Below, one piece after another: positions 43,894 to 54,879 of a stretch of 64,000 bases of DNA. The notes below the pieces were generated by a model. That model did not search any database. It was given only the letters and a program-made list of their open reading frames with translations, and was not told where the DNA came from. The stretch comes from Bdellovibrionales bacterium (GTDB lineage: Bacteria; Bdellovibrionota; Bdellovibrionia; Bdellovibrionales; JAUICD01), in assembly GCA_965262715.1 (NCBI GenBank), contig OZ253553.1, positions 2,016,001 through 2,080,000 on the forward strand. Direction: 5' to 3'. A program made the position numbers and the translations under genes. The first letter of the stretch is position 1; each line of letters begins with the position of its first letter.

Positions 43894-44771
43894 AACAGCA
43901 TTAATGATTTAGTTCGTTTGTGAGTTTTAGAGAATTTTATATCTTTTATTTTGCTTTCAAAAAAGTGTCTCCCCCAGATATCTAAAGACTCTTTCTTTTC
44001 CTGAGTTAGAAACTTTCTTACATCCATTACTAATTCATTCCATTTAATAAGGTGAACTTTTTTTAAAAGTTCCTTTTGAATAAAGTGAGGAGTTATTGAC
44101 AATGATTTATTTTTCCATGGACCCCATTGAGATAAAGCATTTTTAAAAAAAGGTAAATTTGGTTCTACTCCTTGAGAAATATACCATAAAAGATCATACC
44201 AGTCTCTCCCTTTACAAAAAGGACGACATAAAATAGCATGAAGTTTTCCAGACATCAGACTTGGCAGATCGTATACAGGAATAGGGAAATCTACAGGAAA
44301 GCTTAAATATTTAATTTGTTCATTTGCTCCTATGGGAGGATTGATATCTACTTCAATTTTTACTTTAACTTTTTTTCTAGTGTCTTGTTGATACTTAAAT
44401 AGGACTGTTTTTTTGATGGAATCGTCTTTTAGAAATCGACCTCTTACATTTTGATCAATAGAAATTTTTTGATTTATGGACAAGTTATATCCATAGGTAT
44501 TCATAAACTCCATAGCCTTTTCTAAATAAGTTATGATATTAAAATTAGGTTCTGGAGATCTTGTTGAAAAATCTAAGTCTTCAGAAAAACGATCTAGATT
44601 GTGAAGAATTCTCAAAGACGTACCACCTAAAAAACTAACTCTTTGAAAAAAACCAGCCTTGTAAAGAGAATATAAAGCTACTTCTTGAGTAATTTCTTTA
44701 AGAGCATTAAGTTCTTCTTCAGAGCTTTTAGGATTATATCTATCTAGCTTTTTCTGTATAATATCTTTCAT
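43887..44771 (-). CDS. AbiEii-family nucleotidyltransferase toxin (type IV TA)
   Basis: FLGGTSLRI, RFSEDLDF, KVKIEVD, GKLHAIL, KGRDWYDL. Confidence 0.92.
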   Translation of the reverse strand: MKDIIQKKLDRYNPKSSEEELNALKEITQEVALYSLYKAGFFQRVSFLGGTSLRILHNLDRFSEDLDFSTRSPEPNFNIITYLEKAMEFMNTYGYNLSINQKISIDQNVRGRFLKDDSIKKTVLFKYQQDTRKKVKVKIEVDINPPIGANEQIKYLSFPVDFPIPVYDLPSLMSGKLHAILCRPFCKGRDWYDLLWYISQGVEPNLPFFKNALSQWGPWKNKSLSITPHFIQKELLKKVHLIKWNELVMDVRKFLTQEKKESLDIWGRHFFESKIKDIKFSKTHKRTKSLMLFH

Positions 44772-45433
44772 TTCAACTTCTTAACTATAAAATGAGCTAA
44801 CCTTTGAGTACTTTTCTTTTTATAGAGGTTACCTAAGTTTAAAATGTCTTGTGCTCTCCATCCTTGACTCAACTTGTATAAATCATTTAAATCAATTCTT
44901 AGATCATCCTCTATATCTTTGAGCGTTTTGTAAATATATTTTTTTAAATAAATCAAATCAAATAAAGATCTCATAGCAGTCGCTACAAGAAATCCTCCTT
45001 TTTTATCTTGATTGACTTCAAGGAAAAAAGGCTTAACTGGGGAATATGTAAAACTAAAGTTCCCTATAGGACTTTTGTAAAATTTCTTCTTCTGACTATA
45101 ACAGGCTGAAGTGATTTCATAAACAGTTTCAGGAATAACGCCATGAAATGATAAAGCAGATTCAAATGAAATATAACTTGGTAAGTATAAATGGTTGGCT
45201 AATGTATATTTGGAAAATTGTGTGTTTGGAAGATAACTTGAAGCCACTTGATTATTTAAAGAATAAAGCCCTCTTCTATATTGAAGAATATTCTTTTTTT
45301 TGATATGGTATGAAATGAGATTATGGAGAGCTGATGATTTTTTTTCAGGAAAAATCATTTTTAAATCTTCGTCAGTAAAAATAAGTCCTCGACTCATTAT
45401 TGTAAATTTCAGTTTTATTAAAAAAGATTGCAT
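44768..45433 (-). CDS. AbiEi-family antitoxin
   Basis: RRGLY, PSYISFESALSFHGVIPE; 4-bp overlap with the toxin gene. Confidence 0.9.
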   Translation of the reverse strand: MQSFLIKLKFTIMSRGLIFTDEDLKMIFPEKKSSALHNLISYHIKKKNILQYRRGLYSLNNQVASSYLPNTQFSKYTLANHLYLPSYISFESALSFHGVIPETVYEITSACYSQKKKFYKSPIGNFSFTYSPVKPFFLEVNQDKKGGFLVATAMRSLFDLIYLKKYIYKTLKDIEDDLRIDLNDLYKLSQGWRAQDILNLGNLYKKKSTQRLAHFIVKKLK

Positions 45434-45516
45434 TTTTTAATTTCTCCAAATCACCTATACTTAAATAAAACTTCTATTTTAATAAATCATTATCTCTATA
45501 ATATACCATACTTTAG

Positions 45517-45547
45517 CCAAAAACTATGAAAATTTCATAGTTTTTGG
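45517..45547. promoter_or_regulatory. Perfect 15-bp inverted repeat upstream of abiE (probable AbiEi operator)
   Basis: CCAAAAACTATGAAA-A-TTTCATAGTTTTTGG. Confidence 0.7.
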
Positions 45548-45587
45548 TTATTTTTGTTAAAAAAGGATGAAATCAGATATCTTTTTG

Positions 45588-46010
45588 TATCACTTAAAAT
45601 AAACTGGCTTCTCGATGCAGGCCTCTAACGACTTTCTGGCAATCATAAAAAAAATAATAATTCTCAGAACTTATTCTTCTCTTGCTTTGTGGTCATCCAT
45701 ATGAGTGAAACAATACAAGAAAAAATTTCCTTAACATTTTGTAAAAAAATAATAAAGATCCACCTTACTAAAAATAAACGGATTTTTGAGACAGTCAGCA
45801 TTTTATTGAAAATGTAAATCTTCAAGCTGATTTGTAAATAACAACATTTTCCCTAACATGATATAAGAGAATAAAGACATTCTTCCTACTAAAATGCCTC
45901 AAGCTTTTTAGGCATTGTCCTATTTGCCAAACGGCTTGGGGCCAGTTTGGGGGCAATGCCAAAAAGTCGCCAGAGGCGAGAGGCATTTTAGTGAGACAGC
46001 ATTTTAGTGA
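45588..46010. repeat. Family A repeats (partial reverse, partial forward, full forward)
   Basis: Shared stems; last unit nearly identical to 43768-43893. Confidence 0.8.
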
Positions 46011-46606
46011 TACAAAAGTGGAACAACATATTGATAAATGGTTTGTATTTCAACAAAAAATGTTTTAATAATGCTAAGATGAAAAGTTATAACAGTGAAA
46101 TGATTCTTTACAATACTAATGATGGTCAAGTGAACATTGAAATCAAATTAGACCACAAGGCAAAAACAATCTGGCTTTCTCAAGCCCAAATGGCAAATCT
46201 ATTTAATATAAAATCTCATACAGTCAATGAACATATAAAAAAAATATATTCAGAAGGTGAATTAGACGAAACAGAAACTACTCGGAATTACCGAGTAGTT
46301 CGACTTGAAGGGTCAAGGCAGGTGGAAAGAAATGTTCTTCATTACAATCTCAAAATGATTTTAGCTTTGGGTTACAAAGTTCAATCGCAAAGAGGTACTC
46401 AATTTAGGGTTTGGGCTACAAAGCATTTAAATGAGTATTTGGTAAAAGATTTTGTAATGAATGACCAGAGGCTCAAGGACCCTGAAGGGTGGGATTATTT
46501 TGATGAAATACTCGAACGCATTAGAGATATTCGCGCTTCTGAAAAAAGATTCTATCAAAAAATAAAAGACATCTTTAGTGAAACAAGTGTAGATTATGTT
46601 ATTTAA
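46007..46606 (+). pseudogene. RhuM-family protein, 3'-truncated
   Basis: TIWLSQAQMANLF, HYNLKMILALGY, FRVWAT, ERIRDIRASEKRFYQK; stops next to an IS481-like end AAAAGTGTTACCTATGTCC; true start probably ~46079-46100. Confidence 0.85.
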
Positions 46607-46790
46607 AAAGTGTTACCTATGTCCCTGGGTTGGGATCCGGCAAACTGGTCCCGGAAACCGAGAACTGAATGCCCGTCTGCCGGATTCCCGGGACCCATAT
46701 CCCGGATAATTAAAAGTACGATAAGAAAAAATATCTAGTATAAAATGTAAAATAAAAAGTGCTATTTTTATCTTAAATTAAATATGTATA

Positions 46791-46958
46791 TTATTTGTTT
46801 TTAAGCTTATGGAGTTGCTCAATAGAAAGACCTGTCAACTGAGCAATAAGTTGTAGCTCCATACCTTGTTGTAACATGCGCAATGCAACTGCCTCTCTAC
46901 CTTCTTCCCGACCTTCTTCTTTACCTTCATTAAATAATTTAGAAGCTGTACTTATCAT
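46791..46958 (-). CDS. Rpn C-terminal small protein (putative intragenic antitoxin)
   Basis: AAGGAGG 8 nt before ATG; MISTASKLFNEGKEEGREEG...LIAQLTGLS. Confidence 0.65.
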   Translation of the reverse strand: MISTASKLFNEGKEEGREEGREAVALRMLQQGMELQLIAQLTGLSIEQLHKLKNK

Positions 46959-47138
46959 AACTTGATCCTCCTTATTGGTAATGACCTCTCCTTCAAGTGC
47001 ATCAAATACTGATTTTTCATAATCTGTGCCTTGTAGCATATATCTACTTAAAACACCAGCATATTCACGGTAGTCTGAGAGATTTTTACTATTTTACATA
47101 ACTCAAATACTGACTTGATATGACTCTTTGTCATATCT

Positions 47139-49058
47139 CCTGACTTCGACGGTTTATGTTCGGTATTGGTTTTGTAACATTGATGGTTATAGGATTTTGG
47201 AGTAAGTTTTCGATGTAGTGCCTAGTAACACACCAAGTCAGATTATTTTTATTTTTATTTTGACTTTTTTTTTAATAAGCATTAAATTATTTTTATGTTT
47301 GTAAGAATCAAAAGCACACCAAACAGTCCAAGGCAGTCAGTTCAGATCGTTGATTCTATCCGTTATGGCAATAAAGTTCGCCAAAAGATCATCCGTCATG
47401 TCGGAGTGGCTCAAGATGAGGATGAGCTATTTCGTCTTCAAGAGCTTGGAGAATTCATCAAAGCTAAACTAACAAATGAAAATCAATTATCTTTTTTTGC
47501 TCCGGAAGAGATTTCTAAACAAGTGATTGAGTCCAAGTTTCGTCATTGCAATAAACCCTTAAAAGTAGATCTTAAGAAACTAAGGGAAGATCAAAGAGTC
47601 ATTGTAGGTATTCATGAGGTTTATGGAGCTATGTACAAGGAATTAGGTTTAGATCGCATTTTACCAGTGAGTCGTTATCATTCATCACATTGGGTTTTAT
47701 TTCATACAGTGATGGCTCGGATAGCTAATCCTCAAAGTAAAAGAGAGAGCAGTCGATTTTTAGAAGAGGATTTTGGAGTTCATATTTCGTTAGAGAAGAT
47801 TTATCGCATGATGGATCGTTTAGATAGCAAAAGGATAGATAAGATAAAGAGACTGGCAGGTCAAGTGGCACAAAAGGTTTTTAAAGAGCCTTTGAAAGTT
47901 TTGTTTTTTGATTGTACGACACTGTATTTTGAATCAATTATTGAAGATGATTTAAGACAAAGAGGTTACAGTAAAGATGCTAAGTTTAAAGAATCTCAAG
48001 TGTGTTTAGCAGTCGTTGTGACCAAAGAAGGTTTTCCTGTCAGTTACGAGACTTTCCCGGGTGCTATCTTCGAGGGTCATACCTTAAATCCAGTGATAAA
48101 AGAGATGAAGTCTAAATATAACTTAGAACAAGCTATTTATGTCGCTGATAGAGGAATGTTAAGTGAAGATAATTTAAAAGCACTAGAAGATGAGAATCTT
48201 CATTATATTGTAGGAGCTAAGCTTAAGAAATTACCAAAAGTAAAACAAGAGCTTGTATTAGATAAGTCAAAGTACAAAATTGTCAGTAAACAAGAAGGTT
48301 TCAAGATTCAATCATTAGAAGATAAAGATAATAAGAGGAAAGTGATAGTTTGTTATTCTTATAAGAGAGCGGAGAAAGATCGACATGATCGTCAACAAAC
48401 TATAGATAGTTTAGTTAAGAAACTCTCAAAGGCTCAAGATGTGAAGACTTTATTAAACAATTACGGTTATAAGAAGTATTTAAAAGTCACAGGCAAGAAA
48501 CAAAAGCTTTCAGTCAATGAAAATCGAGTCAAAGAAGATCAAAAGTGGGATGGTTTGTTTGGAGTCATAACAAACCTCAAAGATATGGATGATTTAGACA
48601 TTATTAGCCAATATAAGGGGTTATGGCAAGTCGAAGAAACATTCCGGATAGCTAAGCATGATTTAAAAATACGTCCTATATTTCACTGGACATCAGATCG
48701 GATCAAAGCACACATAGCCATTGCTTTTATCTGTTTAGTCTGTATAAGACACTTAGCTTACAGAATTAAGATACAATACCAATCCTGTTCACCGGAAGTT
48801 ATACGAAATGCTTTAATCCATGTACAGCATAGTTTATTAGTAGATCAAACCAATAACAGAAAGTACTCTATACCTTCAAATATAAGTAAGGAAGCTCTGA
48901 AAATCTATCAGATTATGGGACTTAAGCACTCTACAACACCTTATCTTATTGAATAAAAATACACTTAATACATAACTAAAAATCAATTGTAGTGCCTATG
49001 ATGTAATGTATCATCCAATGATCCCAGTAACTTATAAGTTTAAACCGTCGAAGTCAGG
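47139..49058 (+). mobile_element. IS1634-family insertion sequence with 294-bp flanking direct repeats
   Basis: Perfect 18-bp TIR CCTGACTTCGACGGTTTA; 46845-47138 matches 49059-49352. Confidence 0.93.
47295..48956 (+). CDS. IS1634-family transposase
   Basis: FFDCTTLYFES, GYSKD, VADRGM, WQVEETFRIAKHDLKIRPIFHW. Confidence 0.93.
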   Translation: MFVRIKSTPNSPRQSVQIVDSIRYGNKVRQKIIRHVGVAQDEDELFRLQELGEFIKAKLTNENQLSFFAPEEISKQVIESKFRHCNKPLKVDLKKLREDQRVIVGIHEVYGAMYKELGLDRILPVSRYHSSHWVLFHTVMARIANPQSKRESSRFLEEDFGVHISLEKIYRMMDRLDSKRIDKIKRLAGQVAQKVFKEPLKVLFFDCTTLYFESIIEDDLRQRGYSKDAKFKESQVCLAVVVTKEGFPVSYETFPGAIFEGHTLNPVIKEMKSKYNLEQAIYVADRGMLSEDNLKALEDENLHYIVGAKLKKLPKVKQELVLDKSKYKIVSKQEGFKIQSLEDKDNKRKVIVCYSYKRAEKDRHDRQQTIDSLVKKLSKAQDVKTLLNNYGYKKYLKVTGKKQKLSVNENRVKEDQKWDGLFGVITNLKDMDDLDIISQYKGLWQVEETFRIAKHDLKIRPIFHWTSDRIKAHIAIAFICLVCIRHLAYRIKIQYQSCSPEVIRNALIHVQHSLLVDQTNNRKYSIPSNISKEALKIYQIMGLKHSTTPYLIE

Positions 49059-49912
49059 AATAAGTTGTAGCTCCATACCTTGTTGTAACATGCGCAATGC
49101 AACTGCCTCTCTACCTTCTTCCCGACCTTCTTCTTTACCTTCATTAAATAATTTAGAAGCTGTACTTATCATAACTTGATCCTCCTTATTGGTAATGACC
49201 TCTCCTTCAAGTGCATCAAATACTGATTTTTCATAATCTGTGCCTTGTAGCATATATCTACTTAAAACACCAGCATATTCACGGTAGTCTGAGAGATTTT
49301 TACTATTTTACATAACTCAAATACTGACTTGATATGACTCTTTGTCATATCTGAAGCTACTTTTAATGTGTAACAAAAAGCTGAGGCAGTGCCCGCCTTA
49401 CTTTTTATGTCCTCTTCAGACTCTTTCCTTAAATCTACCACATTCGGACTGAAATTGAAAGCTGAAGCTCCAAACACCTGTTTTACTTCTGATGTTAGAT
49501 GAAAAGCTGTTTGCAAATCTGAAGATATATGAATGGGAGCCTGCCTATGAAGTAATAAAACTGTCATAATAGGATAAATTCTCATTTCTAAAAGTGCTAA
49601 GCTATATCTTAAAGCTTGAAGAAAAAGATCCTCCTCAGATACCTTATGACTCTTATGCTCTACAATAATAGCTATTAAGGCATCAGTATCAAAACCTTTA
49701 AGACCTACTTTAGCTATCACATCTGCATGACGCATTCGAAATTTTCCGCTAATTTCTTTTTGTAATACCTCTGTATCAATAAATTCTAATTGATTAAAAT
49801 CAATAGATTTAAACTTCTCAGGACTTAATCCAAACTTTAAAAAACTCTCAAATCGTGCTTTGTTTTTAAGACCCCATTTAGCTATTTTGTCGTGTTCTAT
49901 TTGTAAAGACAT
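49059..49912 (-). pseudogene. Rpn/YhgA-like PD-(D/E)XK nuclease, frameshifted and IS-interrupted
   Basis: HDKIAK, HADVIAKV, IVEHKS, LQALRY; 1-nt deletion near 49305; EGREEG C-terminus in another frame. Confidence 0.85.
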
Positions 49913-50280
49913 TTTTAAACCCTTCTAACGGTTTTATACCTATAATATTTCTTCTTTAAACCTCATCTGATTTATAGGTATAAGCAAAATAGAGGCCAAA
50001 GTTTTTTTCGAACAAACTCAAATAAAAGAGGTCTAAGACTTTTTAACTTCAAATTTGTCCGGATATCCGGATTCGAATCCGGATTTCATACATTTTTGCT
50101 AAATGCGTTATCTATGTGTTAGACACTTAAAACAGACTACGCTTATATTCTTTAGAAAACGGCCCCAGAGTGCCTCGTTTGCCAAATTTATGGAAAAAGA
50201 AGAAGATATAGAATAGATAAGCGTATATTAGATGCTTATTTTACAAATAAAGATTTTAAGAATAATAAGGATTTTTAAAA

Positions 50281-50568
50281 TTACCTACCAGATTTGTTTT
50301 TAGTGGCATCCACTAAAACATAAGTGCTTCCCTTAGCTGAGGGAGGAGGAAGTGGTCGACCTTTTACTGCTGTAACCTCTCTTCTCGCACCACCACGAGG
50401 ACCCACTTCAAGGTATTGCCCAGATTTTGGAGCTACAATCCCTGGCTTGATACGTTTTGATTTATCAATTGAAGGACGTTTTTTTTCTTTCGGTTTTTGT
50501 TCATTTTTTATTTTTGTTTTAAAAAAGTTCAATATTTTCATATAAAAGTTCCTTTGAAAGTAAAACAA
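50281..50568 (-). CDS. YjzC-family protein
   Basis: KPG..APKSGQY.EVGPRGG...EVT.VKG.PLPP. Confidence 0.8.
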   Translation of the reverse strand: MFYFQRNFYMKILNFFKTKIKNEQKPKEKKRPSIDKSKRIKPGIVAPKSGQYLEVGPRGGARREVTAVKGRPLPPPSAKGSTYVLVDATKNKSGR

Positions 50569-50745
50569 AAATCAAAACCATAGTAAGGATTTTTATTATA
50601 TTAAATCATAACATAAAAGTATTAAATTATTGTCGCATAATTCTTATTTTTTGTCATTAAAAAAGGCTTATAACTAGATAAGAGTATAAATTTACTTTAG
50701 CTCATAAAGATTTGAAATGATTCATTAAGAGAAATTAATAGAAAA

Positions 50746-51033
50746 TTTTCCTTAACATCGTGTAAGAAAGTGAAGGGTATCTCCTTACTTAAAATGAAGC
50801 AATCAGCATTTTCTTTCCGGGAATCTGGCAAACCGGCAATTGGGCAGACAGTGTCCGGAAACTGATCTCCGGCGAAAATAGAAACGATTTCCTTAACATT
50901 TTGTCAAAAAACGAGGGGAGTCTCCCTCCTAAAAATAAACGGATTTTTGAGGCAATGAGCATTTTATGAGGGCGTGAGCCGTCATGCTCATTGTCCAAAA
51001 ATGGTCAGAGACCAGTTTATTTTTAGTGATACA
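50746..51033 (+). repeat. Family A repeats; first unit interrupted by GC-rich octamer sequence
   Basis: Heads at ~50746 and ~50888. Confidence 0.8.
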
Positions 51034-51038
51034 ACAAA

Positions 51039-54000
51039 CTAAGATGTGATCTGCATGGCAGTCCATATAACATCAGGTCTTTTGAAAAGGTCGTAAAGAT
51101 CATCCATCCATCTTTTTGTTGGCTCAATTTGATACGGTAGTGAAAAATTCACAATATATCCTTTAGAAAGGTAAACCTGTAGATTTAAATGGACATGACC
51201 TGGATATTTTTTAAAAATTGATTTTAATCTTTCTAATTTATTACATTCAGATTCTTTAAGAAAAAGACAAATTTCCTTTGTAGATTTCATTCTATTCTCT
51301 AATAATTCAACTTGATCTACTAATATCCTCGAAGACTCTCCTGTCTTCTCTAAAATTCCTGTCATAATATAGATTTCATCTTCTAAAACCTTCATCTTGG
51401 AATAGTTATCTGGAAAGATAATTAATTCCAGCTCATCCATTAAATCCTCTAAGGTAATAAAAGCCATCAAAGTTCCTTTTTTTGTCACACGCTCTCTCAC
51501 ATGAGTGACAAGACCTGCTACTGTAACCCTCTGTTTATTTACATGTTCAGATAACTGACCAATATTGCAGGTAGTGAACTTATCTAATAAATACTGAATG
51601 GAGTTAAGAGGATGATCACTTAAAAAAAAGCCTAAAACCTCTTTTTCTCTTTTTAAACATTCTTGCTGATTCCAAGGCTCTGTATCAGGTAATACAAAAT
51701 CTGATTGATCAGATGTTTTAAATAAGCTGATTTGTCCTATCTCTTGGTCTCTGCGGTCCTCTTCAGATAAACGGATAATCTTTTCATAAGAACGCCACAT
51801 CTGTGACCTTGAAGCCCCTAAGTTGTCTAAAGCCCCTGCCTGTATAAAACATTCAATAGTTTTTTTATTTAGAACTCTAGAGTCTACACGACTAAAAAAA
51901 TCTTTAATATCTTTAAATGGCTTTTTAGATCTAGCTGAAATAATATGTTCCACCACTCCTTTACCTACACCTTTAATAGCCCCTAAACCAAAAAAGATGC
52001 TCTCCTTTTTAATAGAAAATTCATACTCTGAAAAATTCACATGTGGTGGTTTTAAATCAAGAGCTTTTGATTTAACATCTCTCACATATTTAACTAACTT
52101 TTTAGGATAAGGCATCTCAACACTTAGTAGCGCTGTATAAAACTCATGAGGGTAATGAAACTTCAACCAGGCTGTCTGAGCCGCTATCACACAATAAGCT
52201 GCCGCATGGGATTTATTAAAACCATATTCTGCAAACTTGGCCATAAGTAAAAAAAGCTCTTCTGCTTTTTTAGAATTATATCCGTTCACCTCAACAGCAC
52301 CTTTTAAAAAACGAGCTTTTTGTTGAGCCATCTCTTCAGACTTCTTTTTTCCCATAGCTCGTCTTAAAATATCAGCCTCACCTAAAGAATAATTAGCCAT
52401 CCTAGCAGCAATCAATTGCACCTGTTCTTGATAAACAATAATACCGTATGTCTCTTTCAAAATAGGCTCTAATTCTTTAAAGAGGTAATTTATCTTTGAA
52501 CGTCCATGCTTTCTATTAATGAACTCATCCAACATCTGCATAGGACCTGGTCTATATAGAGCATTGATTGCTGTGATGTCTTCAAAAGATTTTGGATTAA
52601 ACTTACAGATCAAGTTTGTAATACCTGTACTCTCAAATTGAAATATTCCAGATGTATCTCCACCACTCATCAACTCATAAATACCTTTATCAGAAAGTGA
52701 AATCTCACTTATCGAAATATTTTTTTGCCTATTACTTGAAATGAGCTTTACTGTTTTATCAATATGAGTGAGAGTTCTTAAGCCTAAAAAGTCAAATTTG
52801 ATAAGCCCAATTTTTTCAGCAGATTTCATATCAAACTGTATGACGTTTTCCCCTTCTTTACCCCTGTAAAGAGGCGCTAATTGGACAAGAGGTTGATCCG
52901 AAATAACAACGCCAGCAGCATGAATACTAGCATGTCGATTAAGCCCTTCTATCTTTCTAGCAAGTTCCAAAACTTGCATAGCTTTAGGGTCATTTTCTAT
53001 AAGTTCTTGAAGTCTTGGCTCTTGTACTATCGCTGCACCCAGTGTGATGCCAAGAGTGTCAGGAATCAACTTAGCAATAACATCCACCTCTGCAAATGTC
53101 ATCCCTAAAACACGACCAACATCTCTTACAGCAGCTCTTGCTTGAAGTCTTCCAAAAGTGATAATCTGTGAAACAGAGGCTTTACCATATTTCTGAGTAA
53201 CATACTCTATGACTTCTTGTCTGCGATATTGACAAAAATCAATATCAAAATCAGGCATAGAGATACGCTCTGGATTTAAAAATCTTTCAAAAATCAAATT
53301 GTACTTCACAGGATTTAAATCTGTAATCATTAAGCTATAAGCTACAAGACTACCTGCTCCTGAACCTCTACCTGGACCTACAGGAATTTTCTTTGTTTTA
53401 GCCCATTTAATGAAATCTTGAACAATTAAAAAGTAACCCGAAAAACCCATAGAATGAATGATCTCTAATTCATGATTTAATCGAGCATAGTATTTATCTT
53501 TATTTGAAATAGTATCAGAGTTTTTTGAAAAACGAGCTTCCAACCCTTGCTTTGCTTGAAAAGTAATTTCTTCTAAAAGACTTCTTCCTTCCTTAGTCGG
53601 ATAACTAGGAAGATGATATATAGGTTGTCCCTTTTTATCTTCCAATTGAAATTCTATTTCACATCTATTTGCAACCTCTAATGTATTAGAAATAGCTTCA
53701 GGAATATCTGTAAATAATTTTTGCATTTCTTCTGAAGATTTAAAATAATACTCATTTGCAACCGCTTTATCATTTGAAACTTCATGAAGAATCGTATTAG
53801 TTCTGATACAATCTAAAACATCCCTGGCAATTGCATCTTCCTTATGTGTAAAGTGTATATCATTTGTAGCTACTACAGGCACTTCTAGCTCCTTAGATGC
53901 TTGTAATAAAAATTTATTAACTTTATCCCATTGAGAGTTTTGAGTTAAGTTTGGCCTTTGTATTTCTAAAAAAAGATTATCTTTATATATCTCTTTGAGA

Positions 54001-54482
54001 TTACGAATTTCTGCAAGCGCAATATCATTGCCTTGATCGATAAACTTAAGAGGAACAATACCTTTCAATCCTCCAGTCAAACAAATTAAATCTTCAGAAA
54101 ACTCTTTAAGAACTTCCATATCAATACGAGGACGGTAATAGAAACCTTCTTGTTGTCCCTTAGTGTTGATTTGACAAAGTTGTTGGTAACCTTTAAAGTT
54201 TTTTGCAAGAAGTACTATTTGTCTGTCAGATGTTTTATGGAATGTTTTTTCTCCTTTAACGAATCTATCCTCTGTAACAAAAACTTCTATCCCTAAAATG
54301 GGCTGAATACCTTTTTTCTTACAAGCAAGATAACTCTCTACTGCGCCAAACATATTGCCATAATCTGTAAAAGCAATGGCAGGCATCTTATACTTAACTG
54401 CAAGATCAACAAGTTCTTCGACCTTGCAAGTTGCCTCTAGAAGGGAATATTGGGTATGTGTATGAAGATGTACAAAACTCAT
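51039..54482 (-). CDS. dnaE: DNA polymerase III alpha subunit
   Basis: HLHTHTQYSLL PHP domain, GPGRGSGAGS, SMPDFDIDF, YGFNKSHAA; start chosen at MSFVHLH. Confidence 0.97.
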   Translation of the reverse strand: MSFVHLHTHTQYSLLEATCKVEELVDLAVKYKMPAIAFTDYGNMFGAVESYLACKKKGIQPILGIEVFVTEDRFVKGEKTFHKTSDRQIVLLAKNFKGYQQLCQINTKGQQEGFYYRPRIDMEVLKEFSEDLICLTGGLKGIVPLKFIDQGNDIALAEIRNLKEIYKDNLFLEIQRPNLTQNSQWDKVNKFLLQASKELEVPVVATNDIHFTHKEDAIARDVLDCIRTNTILHEVSNDKAVANEYYFKSSEEMQKLFTDIPEAISNTLEVANRCEIEFQLEDKKGQPIYHLPSYPTKEGRSLLEEITFQAKQGLEARFSKNSDTISNKDKYYARLNHELEIIHSMGFSGYFLIVQDFIKWAKTKKIPVGPGRGSGAGSLVAYSLMITDLNPVKYNLIFERFLNPERISMPDFDIDFCQYRRQEVIEYVTQKYGKASVSQIITFGRLQARAAVRDVGRVLGMTFAEVDVIAKLIPDTLGITLGAAIVQEPRLQELIENDPKAMQVLELARKIEGLNRHASIHAAGVVISDQPLVQLAPLYRGKEGENVIQFDMKSAEKIGLIKFDFLGLRTLTHIDKTVKLISSNRQKNISISEISLSDKGIYELMSGGDTSGIFQFESTGITNLICKFNPKSFEDITAINALYRPGPMQMLDEFINRKHGRSKINYLFKELEPILKETYGIIVYQEQVQLIAARMANYSLGEADILRRAMGKKKSEEMAQQKARFLKGAVEVNGYNSKKAEELFLLMAKFAEYGFNKSHAAAYCVIAAQTAWLKFHYPHEFYTALLSVEMPYPKKLVKYVRDVKSKALDLKPPHVNFSEYEFSIKKESIFFGLGAIKGVGKGVVEHIISARSKKPFKDIKDFFSRVDSRVLNKKTIECFIQAGALDNLGASRSQMWRSYEKIIRLSEEDRRDQEIGQISLFKTSDQSDFVLPDTEPWNQQECLKREKEVLGFFLSDHPLNSIQYLLDKFTTCNIGQLSEHVNKQRVTVAGLVTHVRERVTKKGTLMAFITLEDLMDELELIIFPDNYSKMKVLEDEIYIMTGILEKTGESSRILVDQVELLENRMKSTKEICLFLKESECNKLERLKSIFKKYPGHVHLNLQVYLSKGYIVNFSLPYQIEPTKRWMDDLYDLFKRPDVIWTAMQITS

Positions 54483-54879
54483 TTTAATAAGCCTTTGTTT
54501 ATTGCTTTTACTCAAAGCGTTAAAATCACGCCTACCTTAACACAAAATGGCTTTAAGACAAGTAGAGACCTATAATTTTTCTTGATTATCCAGGACATAG
54601 CCCATAGGAACCCGGGAGCCGTGACATGGAAAAACTATAAATTACAGTTCAAAATAAGATCCCAGCTCCCCGATACAGATTGCCGGAAAAACAAAGAGTT
54701 CGATTAAATAATCTATCTACTTTGAGTTTAAATACTATGTAAAATTTACAAAACATTCATTTTTCCTTTTATTTCTCTGCTGCTTTATGATACAACTACT
54801 TAAAAAATGGTCAGAGACTCGCATCGACTCGCATCGAGTAAGACCATGTGTATTTTTAATGAAACGAAAGGAGTTTGTT

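Noticed and set aside
40282..46010. Classical integron attC array
   Set aside because: No IntI, no consistent RYYYAAC/GTTRRRY ends, and repeats occur in both orientations and beside housekeeping genes
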